A stretch of 64,000 nt of DNA. Source: an uncultured Verrucomicrobiota bacterium. Its GTDB lineage: Bacteria; Verrucomicrobiota; Verrucomicrobiia; Verrucomicrobiales; V1-33. The DNA lies in NCBI GenBank assembly GCA_942492905.1, contig OW818657.1, positions 4,096,022 through 4,160,021 of the forward strand, given 5' to 3'. Shown piece after piece: positions 44,763 through 55,413 of the stretch; the first letter of the stretch is position 1, and each line of letters starts with the position of its first letter. A program made the position numbers and the translations under genes. A model generated the notes under the pieces. That model saw nothing but the letters and a program-made list of their open reading frames with translations, ran no database searches and was not told where the DNA came from.

Positions 44763-47573
44763 ATGTTCCTCCGGAAAATACCACGTTCCGCTTTTTTATA
44801 CGGCGTTTTCGGGCTGTTGCTGCTGTCGCGCCCTGACGTGCTGGAAGCCGCCACCCTGCCGGTCGGATTCTCCGAAACCCAAGTGACCGGCGGACTCAAT
44901 CCTGTCACCATGACGTTTGCCCCGGATGGGCGGCTGTTCGTTTGTGAAAAGCAGGGCCTGCTGCGCGTGGTCACCGGCACTGAGGCCACGCCCACAGTGG
45001 TGACAGCGCCGGTACTGGACCTTACCGCCAAAGTGGATCACTGGAACGAACGCGGTTTGTTGAGCCTGTGCTTCGATCCCGAATTTCCCATCAATGGGTG
45101 GATCTACCTGTATTACACCCATCACCGCGATCCGGCGGATGCCAGCAGCCGCACCTCCAGCAACAACCGCGTCAGCCGCTTCACGCTCAAAGGCAACGTG
45201 GCCGATCCCGCCAGTGAACTGGTGCTGCTGGAACTCACCCACCTCTCAAAGATTGGCTGGCACAACGGCGGGGGCCTCGGATTCGGCAGCGACGGCAAGC
45301 TCTACATCAGCACCGGCGAAAACGCCAACGGCCCCTATGCCCAGGACGGCACCAACCTCCTCGGCAAACTGCTGCGCCTGAACCGAGATGGCTCCATCCC
45401 CACCGACAATCCACACTATCACGAATTCAAGGACAACAACCGCGCCATCGCAGCCCTCGGCCTGCGCAATCCTTTCACCATTGCCGTCCAGCCAGGCACC
45501 GGCCTGCTGTATCTCAGCATGGTCGGCGCGAACTATGAGCAGATCGAGAGTTATGATACCGCCACCGCCCCCACCGTGGTGAACTTTGGCTGGCCGGGCA
45601 TTGATGGTCCCCTGCGCCAGCAGACCCCGCCCCCGGGCTACCGCGCCCCGGCTTACGCCTACGATCATGGCCGGGGAGATGGCCTCGCGCTCTGCAGCGG
45701 CGACTTCTATAACCCCGCCCAACCCTGGGTGGACGCATTCCCCTCGGACTATGCCGGGAAATTTTTCTTCTCTGATTACAAAGGCTGGATCAAATGGATC
45801 GATCCTCTCAAACCGGACACGCGTCACGATTTTGCGAGCGGGATCGACCGCCCGATCGATGTGGATATCGCCCCGGATGGCGCGCTATGGTATCTGGCCC
45901 GCGCCGGGATTCCTGGCGGATCCGATGCCGCCAATACCGCCAGCACCAATGGCTCGCTGTGGCGCGTGCGCTGGACCGGCGGCGGCCAGCCGGAAAAACT
46001 CGCGGTAATCCAGCAACCCGTCAGCGCTGCCGCCGGGGCTTCGCTGGGCGTGGTCAAAATCGCCCTCCAGGACGCTTCAGGCAACACGGTAACGGCGGCA
46101 AACGACACCATCACCCTGAGCCTGAAGCACAATATCAATTCATCTGCAGGAGGACTCTCGGGCACGGTCAAAGCAGCTGCGGTGAAAGGCGTGGCCACCT
46201 TCACATCCCTCACTCTCGGCACTCCCGGCCAGGGTTATACTCTGAGTGCCCGCAGCGGCAGTCTGGCTGCCGTGAGCAGCGCCGCATTCGACATCGGCAA
46301 TCAACTCGCGCCTCCACTGATCACGCCGCCTTCCGGCCGGTTCAGCGGTCCGGTGTGGGTGCGGCTTTCCAACGCCGTCTCCGGCACCACCCTCCGCTTC
46401 ACCACCGATGGGACCACTCCCGACGCCACCTCCACGGTCTATAGCACGCCCTTCCCTATCACCGCCGCCAATACGATCATCCAAGCCATCGCGGAAAAAG
46501 ACGGCTTCACTGGCAGCAGCACCGCCAGCGCAACCCTGACTATTTCCGGGAACACGCCCTACGGACTCGACACCCGCCCACCCGTCCGGGGCGTCAACCT
46601 TCCACCCACGCCGGACGGCCTGCCCGCCACGCTTTCCGCCACCGGTCTTTTCAGCGATACCCCCAGCCTCACTCCCCAGGCCGGCCTCCTGCCCTATTCG
46701 CTCAACAGCCCCGCCTGGTCGGACCATGCGTCAACCCAACACTGGATGGTTCTGCCGGAGGATTCCAAAATCGGCTTCAGCCCAACCGGCGAATATACCT
46801 GGCCCGGCGGCACCGCTTTCATCCAGCACTTTGAAATGGTCATGAATGCGGCCACCGGAGCCCGCCGACGGCTGGAGACCCGGTTGCTGGTCGTGGATGC
46901 CGCCGGCACCTCCGGTTATGGTGCCACCTACCGCTGGCGCTCTGACAATACCGAGGCCGACCTCGTGCCCCCGGAAGGGCAGGAGGAAGTGTTGCGGGTC
47001 ACGGAAGCCTCCGGCAGCACCCGTGAGCAAACCTGGAACTATCCCGCCGCCGGCCTGTGTTTCCTGTGCCACACCCCAACGGCTGGTTTTGTGCTGGGGC
47101 CCAAAACCAGCCAACTCAACGCCAGCCACCCCTATCCCGGCGGCCGCACTGATAACCAACTGCGCACCTGGAACTACCTGCAACTCTTCGCCCCGGCCTT
47201 CCAGGAAACCGACCTCCCCACCTGGCCGCACACCGTCAGGATCGACGATCCGGCGGCCCCCCTGGGGCACCGGGTGCGCTCCTATCTTGACACCAACTGC
47301 GCCCAATGCCACCGCCCCGGCGGCACCGGCGCCCTCTGGGATGCACGATTCGACATTCCTCTTGCCGCTCAGAATATCCTCAATGGCGACCTGCGCGACA
47401 CCATGGGCATCCCCAATGCCAAAATCGTCGCCCCGGGTGATCCCGCCCGGTCCATGATGCACCTCCGCATGTCCTCCACCACCCTCGGCCGGCAAATGCC
47501 GCCCCTGACCCGGAACGTCGTCGACACCACCGCCCTCGAAGCCCTCGCGGAATGGATCCGCAGCCAGCCGTGA
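44763..47573 (+). CDS. PQQ-dependent sugar dehydrogenase-like beta-propeller protein with Ig-like/chitobiase-C-like domains and a C-terminal domain with two CxxCH motifs
   Basis: I prefer the ATG at 44763 (MFLRKIPRSAFLYGVFGLLLLS).
- Soluble glucose/sorbosone dehydrogenase pattern: GWHNGGGLGFGSDGKLYISTGEN...GKLLRLNRDGSIPTDNP.
- Chitobiase-C-like segment: GTTLRFTTDGTTPDATSTVYSTPF.
- Heme motifs: LCFLCH and NCAQCHRPGG. Confidence 0.8.
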   Translation: MFLRKIPRSAFLYGVFGLLLLSRPDVLEAATLPVGFSETQVTGGLNPVTMTFAPDGRLFVCEKQGLLRVVTGTEATPTVVTAPVLDLTAKVDHWNERGLLSLCFDPEFPINGWIYLYYTHHRDPADASSRTSSNNRVSRFTLKGNVADPASELVLLELTHLSKIGWHNGGGLGFGSDGKLYISTGENANGPYAQDGTNLLGKLLRLNRDGSIPTDNPHYHEFKDNNRAIAALGLRNPFTIAVQPGTGLLYLSMVGANYEQIESYDTATAPTVVNFGWPGIDGPLRQQTPPPGYRAPAYAYDHGRGDGLALCSGDFYNPAQPWVDAFPSDYAGKFFFSDYKGWIKWIDPLKPDTRHDFASGIDRPIDVDIAPDGALWYLARAGIPGGSDAANTASTNGSLWRVRWTGGGQPEKLAVIQQPVSAAAGASLGVVKIALQDASGNTVTAANDTITLSLKHNINSSAGGLSGTVKAAAVKGVATFTSLTLGTPGQGYTLSARSGSLAAVSSAAFDIGNQLAPPLITPPSGRFSGPVWVRLSNAVSGTTLRFTTDGTTPDATSTVYSTPFPITAANTIIQAIAEKDGFTGSSTASATLTISGNTPYGLDTRPPVRGVNLPPTPDGLPATLSATGLFSDTPSLTPQAGLLPYSLNSPAWSDHASTQHWMVLPEDSKIGFSPTGEYTWPGGTAFIQHFEMVMNAATGARRRLETRLLVVDAAGTSGYGATYRWRSDNTEADLVPPEGQEEVLRVTEASGSTREQTWNYPAAGLCFLCHTPTAGFVLGPKTSQLNASHPYPGGRTDNQLRTWNYLQLFAPAFQETDLPTWPHTVRIDDPAAPLGHRVRSYLDTNCAQCHRPGGTGALWDARFDIPLAAQNILNGDLRDTMGIPNAKIVAPGDPARSMMHLRMSSTTLGRQMPPLTRNVVDTTALEALAEWIRSQP

Positions 47574-47819
47574 CCGGCCCCTCCTGGAGGGGCTGAAACA
47601 CTTTTGCGTGGGAATTCCGGGAGAAGTCGAAAAGGGCTATTCCGGGCGAGGCCGGTGCAGACGGTGAGGCGGACCTCACCTGGAAGCCGCCCCAGCCCTG
47701 CCAATGCTCCTTGGCCGCCCGAACGGATCCCGTCCGCAGGTTCCGTCTCGCCATGCTTGCGCATTCCGCCTAATTGTGGAAACTGCGCCTCCCTTTCCCC
47801 CTTTTTCCGTCATTTTCCC

Positions 47820-50800
47820 ATGCCCGCCTCCAAAGCTTCCTCCCCTGCCCCCGCAGCTGCCGCGACCTCTTCCGCCATCCGCCCCATCAAAAAACTCATG
47901 GTGGCCAACCGTTCGGAAATCGCCATCCGCGTGATGCGCGCCGCCACGGAACTGGGCATCCGCACCGTGGCCATCTACGCGAACGAGGACCGCTTCTGCC
48001 CCCACCGCTTCAAAGCCGATGAGGCCTATCAGCTCGACGCCACCAAGGGCCCGCTCGGCGCCTACCTCGACGTCGAAGGCATCGTCGCCCTCGCCAAGGA
48101 AAAAGGGGTGGACGCCATCCACCCCGGTTATGGTTTCCTCTCGGAAAACCCCGACTTCGCCGCCGCCTGTGCCCGGGAGGGGATTATTTTCATCGGTCCG
48201 GACAGTAAAGTCCTCGACCGCATGGGCGACAAAACCGCGGCCCGCGCTGTGGCCGAGAAACTGAAAGTCCCTACCCTCCAAGGCACCGAAGAGCCGGTCG
48301 ATAAAAAGAAGGACGCCATGATCGCGGCCAAAAAGATCGGCTTCCCGCTGATCATCAAAGCGGCCTTTGGCGGCGGGGGCCGCGGGATGCGGGTGGTGCG
48401 CGAAGCCAAGGATCTTGATGCCCTTCTTGACGAAGCCCAGACCGAGGCCAAACGCGCCTTTGGCAATGGCGCCGTTTTCCTCGAAAAATTCGTCGGCAAA
48501 GCCAAACACATCGAAGTCCAGATTCTCGCCGACAAACACGGCCACATCCTGCACCTGCACGAACGCGACTGCTCGGTGCAACGGCGCCACCAGAAGGTCA
48601 TCGAGCAGGCCCCCAGCTATGGGATTGATCAGAAAATCATCGACGCCCTCTGTGCTTCGGCGGTGAAAATCGCCCGCGAAGTCGACTACACCCACGCCGG
48701 CACCGTGGAATACCTGGTCGATGTGGAAAGCGGCGAATGGTTTTTCATCGAGATGAATCCCCGCATCCAGGTGGAACACACCGTCACCGAGGAAGTCACC
48801 GGCATCGACATCGTGCGCAGCCAGATCCTGATCGCCCAGGGGTATCAACTCCATGAGGAACCCCTCGGACTGCCGGCCCAGGACAAGGTCGAGAAAAGTG
48901 GTTATGCCATCCAATGCCGCATCACCACCGAAGACCCCGCCAACAATTTCACCCCCGACTTCGGCAAGATCCTGACCTACCGCAGTGCCGGTGGATTCGG
49001 GGTCCGGCTCGATGGCGCCCTCGGCACCAACAATGCCGTCATCACGCCCTATTACGACTCCATGCTGGTCAAGGTCACCTGTTATGGACGCACCTACGAA
49101 CAGAGTCTCAACCGGATGGACCGCGCCCTCCGCGAGTTCCGCATCCGCGGGGTCAAAACCAACATTCCCTTCCTCGAAAACGTCATTTCCCATCCCGTAT
49201 TCCGGGCCGGTGAAGCCACCACCCGCTTCATCGACACCAATCCCCAGCTATTCCAATTCGAGACCCGCAAGGACCGCGCCACCAAGCTCCTCAGCTACCT
49301 CGCGGACGTCACGGTGAACGGCAACCCCAACGCCAAAGGCTGGAAACCCGCCAAACCCTTCACCTATCCGGCCATTCCCAAGGCGCACGACTTCTCCGTG
49401 GCCACCCCGCCGCCGCCCGGCACCAAACAACTCCTCACCGAACTCGGGCCGGAGAAGTTCGCCCAGTGGATCGGCCAGCAGAAACGCCTCCTCCTCACCG
49501 ACACTACCTTCCGCGATGCCCACCAGTCCCTGCTTGCCACCCGGGTGCGCAGTTACGACATGCTGGCGGTGGCCGAAGCCGTGGCGCACCGCGCTCCGCA
49601 GCTCTTCAGCATGGAAATGTGGGGCGGCGCCACCTTCGATACCGCGATGCGGTTTCTCCGCGAGTGTCCGTGGGAGCGCCTGCGCCAGCTCCGGGAAAAG
49701 ATCCCCAATCTGTGTTTCCAGATGCTCTTCCGCGGCTCCAACGCCGTGGGTTACACCAACTATCCTGACAATGTCGTCCGCGGGTTCATCAAACATGCCG
49801 CCGAAACCGGGATGGACATCTTCCGCATCTTCGACAGCCTGAATTACCTGCCCAACCTCACCGAAGCCATGGCCGCGGTGCGGGAGGAAACCCAGTCCAT
49901 CTGTGAAGGCACGATTTGCTACACCGGCGACATCCTTGATCCGAAACGCGACAAGTATTCCCTGACGTATTACATCAAGCTGGCCAAAGAGCTGGAAAAG
50001 ATGGGCGCCCACACGCTCTGCATCAAGGACATGGCCGGACTCTGCCGTCCCTTTGCCGCCAAGAAGCTGGTCAAAGCCCTCAAGGAGGAAATCGGCCTGC
50101 CAATCCACTTCCACACCCACGACACCAGCGGCATCAATGCCAGCAGCATCCTGAGCGCCTCCGAAGCCGGGGTGGATATCTGCGATGCCGCCATCTCGTC
50201 CATGTCCGGCTGCACCAGCCAGCCGAATCTGAACAGCATCGTCGCCGCGCTCCAGCACACCCCGCGCGCCACCGGACTCGATCCCGATGCCCTCCAGGAG
50301 TTCAGCGATTACTGGGCCCACGTCCGCAGCTTCTACAAACCGTTCGATACCGCCGAGCCGTATGGCACCGCCGAAGTGTATCTCCACGAGATGCCCGGTG
50401 GCCAATACACCAATCTCAAGGAACAGGCCGAGTCCATGGGCATCGGCCACCGCTGGCCGGAAATCGCCCGCATGTATGCCGAGGTGAATCTGTTGTTCGG
50501 CGATATCGTCAAGGTCACGCCTTCCAGCAAAGTGGTGGGTGACATGTGCATGTTCCTCATCTCCCGCGGGGTCAAACCCGGCGATGCCCGCAGCTACCTC
50601 GACACCCTGCCCTCCGGCACCAGCTTCCCGGAAAGCGTTATTGATATGCTCCAGGGCGGCCTTGGCCAACCCATGGGCGGCTGGCCGGCCGATGTGCAGA
50701 AGATCATCCTCGGCAAGAAAAAACCCTTCACCAACCGTCCCGGCGAACGCGCCGAAAAAGTGGATCTCGACAAAACGCGCCACGAGGTTGCCAAAGTGGT

Positions 50801-51350
50801 GGGACACAAGGAAGCCACCGATGACGATCTCTACAGCCACCTGATGTATCCGCAGGTTTTTGCCGACTTTGTGAAGTTCCGCAAAGCCCACAGCGACATT
50901 AGCGTCCTCCCCACCCCTGCCTACTTCTACGGTCTGCGCGACAAGGAAGAGATCACCATCAGCCTCGAAGCCGGCAAGACCCTCTTCGCCCGCCTGCTCA
51001 ACCTCAACGAACCCGACCCGACCGGTCAGCGCACCGCCATCTTCGAACTGAACGGCTACCCCCGCCACGTCAGCGTCGCCGACAAATCCGCTGCCAAACA
51101 GGTCGAGACCCGCGCCAAGGCCGATCCCGGCAACCCCCTGCAGATCGGCGCCCCCATGCCCGGCATGATCGCCAGCATGGCCGTCAGCATCGGCCACAAG
51201 GTCAAGGAAGGCGACCCCATCCTGACCCTCGAAGCCATGAAGATGTTCACCACCGTCACCGCCCCCTGCAACGGCACCATCGCCGACCTCAGCGTCGCCG
51301 TCGGCAACACCGTCGAAGCCAAGGACCTCATGGTGACCCTGGTGAAATAG
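47820..51350 (+). CDS. pyc: Pyruvate carboxylase (single-chain: biotin carboxylase, carboxyltransferase, biotinyl domains)
   Basis: Start at ATG 47820 (MPASKASS...IKKLMVANRSEIAIRVMRAATELGI). ATP-grasp motifs, carboxyltransferase TIM-barrel block (LLLTDTTFRDAHQSL), and the C-terminal biotin site LTLEAMKMFTTV. The ORF-track 5' extension to 47604 is rejected. Confidence 0.95.
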   Translation: MPASKASSPAPAAAATSSAIRPIKKLMVANRSEIAIRVMRAATELGIRTVAIYANEDRFCPHRFKADEAYQLDATKGPLGAYLDVEGIVALAKEKGVDAIHPGYGFLSENPDFAAACAREGIIFIGPDSKVLDRMGDKTAARAVAEKLKVPTLQGTEEPVDKKKDAMIAAKKIGFPLIIKAAFGGGGRGMRVVREAKDLDALLDEAQTEAKRAFGNGAVFLEKFVGKAKHIEVQILADKHGHILHLHERDCSVQRRHQKVIEQAPSYGIDQKIIDALCASAVKIAREVDYTHAGTVEYLVDVESGEWFFIEMNPRIQVEHTVTEEVTGIDIVRSQILIAQGYQLHEEPLGLPAQDKVEKSGYAIQCRITTEDPANNFTPDFGKILTYRSAGGFGVRLDGALGTNNAVITPYYDSMLVKVTCYGRTYEQSLNRMDRALREFRIRGVKTNIPFLENVISHPVFRAGEATTRFIDTNPQLFQFETRKDRATKLLSYLADVTVNGNPNAKGWKPAKPFTYPAIPKAHDFSVATPPPPGTKQLLTELGPEKFAQWIGQQKRLLLTDTTFRDAHQSLLATRVRSYDMLAVAEAVAHRAPQLFSMEMWGGATFDTAMRFLRECPWERLRQLREKIPNLCFQMLFRGSNAVGYTNYPDNVVRGFIKHAAETGMDIFRIFDSLNYLPNLTEAMAAVREETQSICEGTICYTGDILDPKRDKYSLTYYIKLAKELEKMGAHTLCIKDMAGLCRPFAAKKLVKALKEEIGLPIHFHTHDTSGINASSILSASEAGVDICDAAISSMSGCTSQPNLNSIVAALQHTPRATGLDPDALQEFSDYWAHVRSFYKPFDTAEPYGTAEVYLHEMPGGQYTNLKEQAESMGIGHRWPEIARMYAEVNLLFGDIVKVTPSSKVVGDMCMFLISRGVKPGDARSYLDTLPSGTSFPESVIDMLQGGLGQPMGGWPADVQKIILGKKKPFTNRPGERAEKVDLDKTRHEVAKVVGHKEATDDDLYSHLMYPQVFADFVKFRKAHSDISVLPTPAYFYGLRDKEEITISLEAGKTLFARLLNLNEPDPTGQRTAIFELNGYPRHVSVADKSAAKQVETRAKADPGNPLQIGAPMPGMIASMAVSIGHKVKEGDPILTLEAMKMFTTVTAPCNGTIADLSVAVGNTVEAKDLMVTLVK

Positions 51351-51425
51351 CAGAGCCTCCATCAAGCCGTCGACCGTGCCCGGGCAAGCCAACGGGTTTT
51401 CGCCATCCAACCTGGCTAGGATCAG

Positions 51426-51455
51426 GCCGGCATTGCCACTTCAGACAATGCCGGC
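51426..51455. terminator. Perfect 10-bp stem / 10-nt loop hairpin between convergent pyc and the PATR gene (possible bidirectional terminator)
   Basis: gccggcattg-ccacttcaga-caatgccggc. No clear U-tract on either side, so function is uncertain. Confidence 0.35.
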
Positions 51456-51615
51456 AGGACTGACAATCACCGGACCATCAAGGCGATTCAACCCATGCCG
51501 GAAGCAATGTTGGGCAGCGCCTCTGGGGGACGGTGTTCCGGCGTTAGTTGCTATAATCTGGATTTCCCCGACCCCTGCAGACCAGCCCTGACCAATAATT
51601 CAATCCGGAGCGGCT

Positions 51616-54600
51616 TCAGGGGATGACCAATTTGTAAAACGCCCGCTGGGCGGCGAGCGGGTCCACCACGTCAAAAGCGGCGCTGCCGGAGCCGTTCAGG
51701 GTGATCGTGGAGAGCTGGGTCCATTCGACGAGGTCCGGGGATCTTAACAGCCGCACGGCCGCCCCCGGCGGACCACTGACACTGCCTTGGAGACGCTGAC
51801 CGGTGCCGCCCCCGGCGGGAGCCGAGAAGTTGAAAGTCAGCAGCTCCAGACTGATGGCGGCGGCGGCCGGAGTCATGGTGAGCGTGACATCGTTGCCAGT
51901 GCCCCCCACATAACTGATCGTCCAGTTCGCCCCGGCCGTGCTGAATGATTCGCCCTCGGTCAGTTGGTTTCCGCCCATGGAGAAAAAGGTCGTGCTGCCG
52001 AGCGTATCCAGCGGGTCGGTGCCGTCGTTGGCGATAACGGTGAAGGTATCGGCCGCCGCAGGGGTGTAACCAAGGCTGAGGGCCAGTTCGACGTCGGCAT
52101 TGAGCCTGACTTTTCCGGTCACCGCCAGTTGGCTGGCACTGGAGGGCGAGGCGAACCGCAGGGCGAACGTGGTGTTGCTTCCGAACTCCACATCGCCGGT
52201 GCGCAAGGTTCCGGAGCCTTGACCAGGGGCCAGGGTGCCGTCACTTTGCACATCCACCGTGCCGACCGTGCCCGTTCCAGATAGTATCGCGCCCTGGACC
52301 TCGGTTTTTCCGGAAAGGGAACCGTTGACCGCCAGGGTGCCGCCATTCACAAGGGTCAGCCCCGTGTAGGAATTCGTGCCCTGGATCGTGAGCGTGCCCA
52401 ATCCCGTTTTCGTGAGGGGTGCCCCGGCATGGAGTTCCGTGAGGGGGGCCGCCACGGTGAGGTTGAAGCCATTAGTATCGAAGATTCCGCCCCCATCATC
52501 GTCATTCCCGTCGAGACGCAGGGTGCGGCTGGCAGGAAAGGAGATGTCCGCAAACGCCCGCAAGGTGCCGGAGCCGGTCCGGGTGCTTTCGCCGTCGAAG
52601 AAGTTATACCCCAGGGTGATCACATTGGTCGCCTGGCCGAGCGAGCCGTCCGCCACAATCCCCAGCACCGCGTCGCCAAAATTGTTGCTCCCGACCGCGA
52701 GGCTGCCGGTGAAGGTATTGGCCGGATGGGCGAAACGCACTTCGAAACCATCCCCGCCACCATGCACGCCGATGGGCACATTCCCCTCCAGCAGCGTCCC
52801 GATCACAAGCGACTGACCGTTGGCTCCAAAAAACGCGCCGCCCGGGCCAATTGTCATTGGATAGGTCGCGCCGATCAGGATCGGCCCCGGGGCCGCGGAG
52901 TCGGACTCTATGCCGCCGTTATCCAGCACCACGGGATTCCCCGCAGCGCCGAAAGCCGCCGTGGTTTTCAGGGTGATGCGGTTGCCCTGCGTGATGGTTA
53001 CCGGACCGCTGAAGGTGTTTTCGCCCAGCAAGCGCCAGGCATCGGGGCTGAAGCCTTGCTGCCCGAAATTCAGACTGCCCGTGCCGGAGATGACGGCCTC
53101 CACCGTGGAGCCCCCGATGAAGGTCAGGGCACCGCCGTTGCCCAGCAGCACACTGCCGGGACCACTGAGGCCCGGCACGATCTGGGAAAATCCGTTCAGG
53201 TCGAGGACCCCATCCACCAGCATCACGCGGGGCTGCCCCAGGGCCTCGTCAATGCCGAGGCGGACCGTGCCCCCTTCGACAGTGATGTTATTACTTCCCG
53301 CATTGAATGAGTTCACCGTATTGAAGCGCAACACCCCGCTGCCCTGCTTGGTCAGGTCCTGGCCGCTCACCGGCTGATTGAACGTGACGTCGAAGCCGTT
53401 GGTGTCCACCGTGGCGAGGCGGAACGTCGTGTTCCTGGTCGAGGCGATATTGAGATCTCCCAGAGCCCGCAGTTTGCCGCGGATGTCGGTGAGCCCATTT
53501 TCGCGGCCGATCAGCAGGGCGCCAGCCGGCCCGCCGAAATTGGAGTCGCTGGCGACTTCGAGGGTCACTCCGGCGATATCGGTCCCGCCGGCATGCACGT
53601 TCTGGCCTGTCAGGCGCACCGTACCGTCATTGTTGCCCGTCAGGGCAAGGCGGCCCGCCCCGCTGATGACGCCTTCCATGGTGAGGGTCCGGCCCGCGGT
53701 CGCAATCACCGAACCCTTCTGGGCCGTCACTTCGACACTGCAGGTGGGAGGGAGGGTGAGGCTGGCTTGAGGAAAAAGCTTCCCCCCGTTCAGCACGATT
53801 TGATTGCCCAGCTGGCCGATAACGGCTTCCGTCTGGAAAAGAAAAGTGGCTGCGGTGCCCTCAAGCACCAGACGGTTGGCAGAAAAAGTGTCGGTCGCGT
53901 CGCACGAGAAGCTGGTGTCCAGGATGGTCAGGTCACCAGTGACGGCGCTGAAAACCTGGCCTCCCGGATGACTGACCGGACCGGCAAAGTCCAACCCGAG
54001 CTGACCGATGACGGTGGCCCCGGCGCCGAGCGTCGAGCTGGCAAGGAACTGGAGCCTGGCCGTGGAGGCGAGGGTGCCTCCCGCCCCGACCGTGACGCTG
54101 CTGAATCCCGCAGAACCCGTCCCGCCAAGACTGAGAGTGCTGCCCGCGTCCACCACTGCCGTGCCCTGACTGGCGCTGAACTGGGCGACCTGCAGCGTGC
54201 CATTTTCCGCACGCAGGGTGCCGCCGCTGAGCAGCTCAAATGCTCCTGCCAGCGACCCGTTTCCCCGCAGCGTGTCGCCGGAGCCGATCTGCGCCGTCCC
54301 GCCCAGCGCCGTCAGGGTGCCCCCCGCAAGAGTGGTGAGGGTCCCTAACGGCGTCACGCCGGTATCCTCCAGCAGGAGATGGCCCGTCCCCACCGTGATC
54401 GTCCCCAAGGAGTTGAATCCGGCGGCGCTTGGCGCTCCCACCTGCAGGGTCTGCCCGTCGCTGACGGTGAGGGTGCTCCCCGCCGCCATCCCCAGCGGGC
54501 CGAGAAAACGCCCGGCCCCTCCCAGGATCCCATTAGCCTGCACGAGTCCGCCACCTGCCGCCACCAGCGGCCCACCGGCATTGAGGTTCAGCCGTGAAAC

Positions 54601-55317
54601 GCCCGCACCGTTCCCCAGAATGAGTTGCCTCACCACTACCTCCGCAGCCGGCCCGCCCACCACCGATCCACCCGCTGGCGAAATAAAAGCCCGCTGATTC
54701 AGGTTGGGAATCGTCGAGCTGTCCCAGTGGACCGCCGTGTCCCAGCCCCCCGTGCCGCTCTGCGTGAACCGCGTATCGGCGACCGGCGCCGGCACCTGTA
54801 CGGTCAGATTTGACAGGCTGTATCTTTCCTGCAGGGTCCCTCCCACCGAATCGAACGGCCGCACCCTGACTTTTAAAAAGGGCTGACTGGCGGTAAATCC
54901 AAAAAACGTGTTGAACGGAGCATTTCCTGGCACCGCACCCGGCACGGCCACAATATTACCACCGCCAAAATCCAGCTCAAAGGCCAGCCCGCTCCCGGGT
55001 CCTCCAACCGAATTGTCCCACGTCCCGCCAAATGCGGTGCTGCCAAAAGAAGTCTCCCACACCGTCGCAGGCTCCGAGTCGCGCGCAATATCGGTATATT
55101 GCTGTCCACCGGCCGCACCATTCACCGTGATCACATTGAGAAAGGTTCCATTCAGCGAAAAATCATCCGTGATCTTGAAATTCCCCATCGCCGCCTCAAA
55201 AGCGGCGCGGTCACTGAAGACGGTGACCGTCTGCGCGGTAACGCTGGCAGGCACTGCTGCCAAAAGGCAGATCCCGCGGAACGTGGAGAGGGGGTAGAAT
55301 CGGGAGCAGAGTCTCAT
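51616..55317 (-). CDS. Giant secreted protein with autotransporter-associated beta-strand (PATR) repeats (1233 aa)
   Basis: Start at ATG 55317 (MRLCSRFYPLSTFRGICLLAAVPASVTAQ). Many repeats of the type GTLTIQGTNSYTGLTLVNGGTLAVNGSL, GSGVLRFNTVNSF...GGTVRLG and GAGRLALTGNN...GGTDIAGVTLEV. The C-terminus SPDLVEWTQL...RAFYKLVIP is the shared module. Confidence 0.85.
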   Translation of the reverse strand: MRLCSRFYPLSTFRGICLLAAVPASVTAQTVTVFSDRAAFEAAMGNFKITDDFSLNGTFLNVITVNGAAGGQQYTDIARDSEPATVWETSFGSTAFGGTWDNSVGGPGSGLAFELDFGGGNIVAVPGAVPGNAPFNTFFGFTASQPFLKVRVRPFDSVGGTLQERYSLSNLTVQVPAPVADTRFTQSGTGGWDTAVHWDSSTIPNLNQRAFISPAGGSVVGGPAAEVVVRQLILGNGAGVSRLNLNAGGPLVAAGGGLVQANGILGGAGRFLGPLGMAAGSTLTVSDGQTLQVGAPSAAGFNSLGTITVGTGHLLLEDTGVTPLGTLTTLAGGTLTALGGTAQIGSGDTLRGNGSLAGAFELLSGGTLRAENGTLQVAQFSASQGTAVVDAGSTLSLGGTGSAGFSSVTVGAGGTLASTARLQFLASSTLGAGATVIGQLGLDFAGPVSHPGGQVFSAVTGDLTILDTSFSCDATDTFSANRLVLEGTAATFLFQTEAVIGQLGNQIVLNGGKLFPQASLTLPPTCSVEVTAQKGSVIATAGRTLTMEGVISGAGRLALTGNNDGTVRLTGQNVHAGGTDIAGVTLEVASDSNFGGPAGALLIGRENGLTDIRGKLRALGDLNIASTRNTTFRLATVDTNGFDVTFNQPVSGQDLTKQGSGVLRFNTVNSFNAGSNNITVEGGTVRLGIDEALGQPRVMLVDGVLDLNGFSQIVPGLSGPGSVLLGNGGALTFIGGSTVEAVISGTGSLNFGQQGFSPDAWRLLGENTFSGPVTITQGNRITLKTTAAFGAAGNPVVLDNGGIESDSAAPGPILIGATYPMTIGPGGAFFGANGQSLVIGTLLEGNVPIGVHGGGDGFEVRFAHPANTFTGSLAVGSNNFGDAVLGIVADGSLGQATNVITLGYNFFDGESTRTGSGTLRAFADISFPASRTLRLDGNDDDGGGIFDTNGFNLTVAAPLTELHAGAPLTKTGLGTLTIQGTNSYTGLTLVNGGTLAVNGSLSGKTEVQGAILSGTGTVGTVDVQSDGTLAPGQGSGTLRTGDVEFGSNTTFALRFASPSSASQLAVTGKVRLNADVELALSLGYTPAAADTFTVIANDGTDPLDTLGSTTFFSMGGNQLTEGESFSTAGANWTISYVGGTGNDVTLTMTPAAAAISLELLTFNFSAPAGGGTGQRLQGSVSGPPGAAVRLLRSPDLVEWTQLSTITLNGSGSAAFDVVDPLAAQRAFYKLVIP

Positions 55318-55413
55318 AGGGGGAGGAGGTTCATGACGCGGAAGTGGGATGATCCACCTCCTGCTCACGGAACCGTTCCCGATTGTTGCAAATAATCCCA
55401 CCCTCCTGAAAAA

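Noticed and set aside
47604-51410. pyc 5' extension (47604..47819) and the antisense ORFs 47676..49193 and 49248..51410
   Set aside because: The extension is Pro/Ser/Arg-rich and precedes the conserved biotin carboxylase N-terminus, which begins after ATG 47820. The antisense ORFs are Gly/Ala/Asp/Val-rich shadow ORFs.
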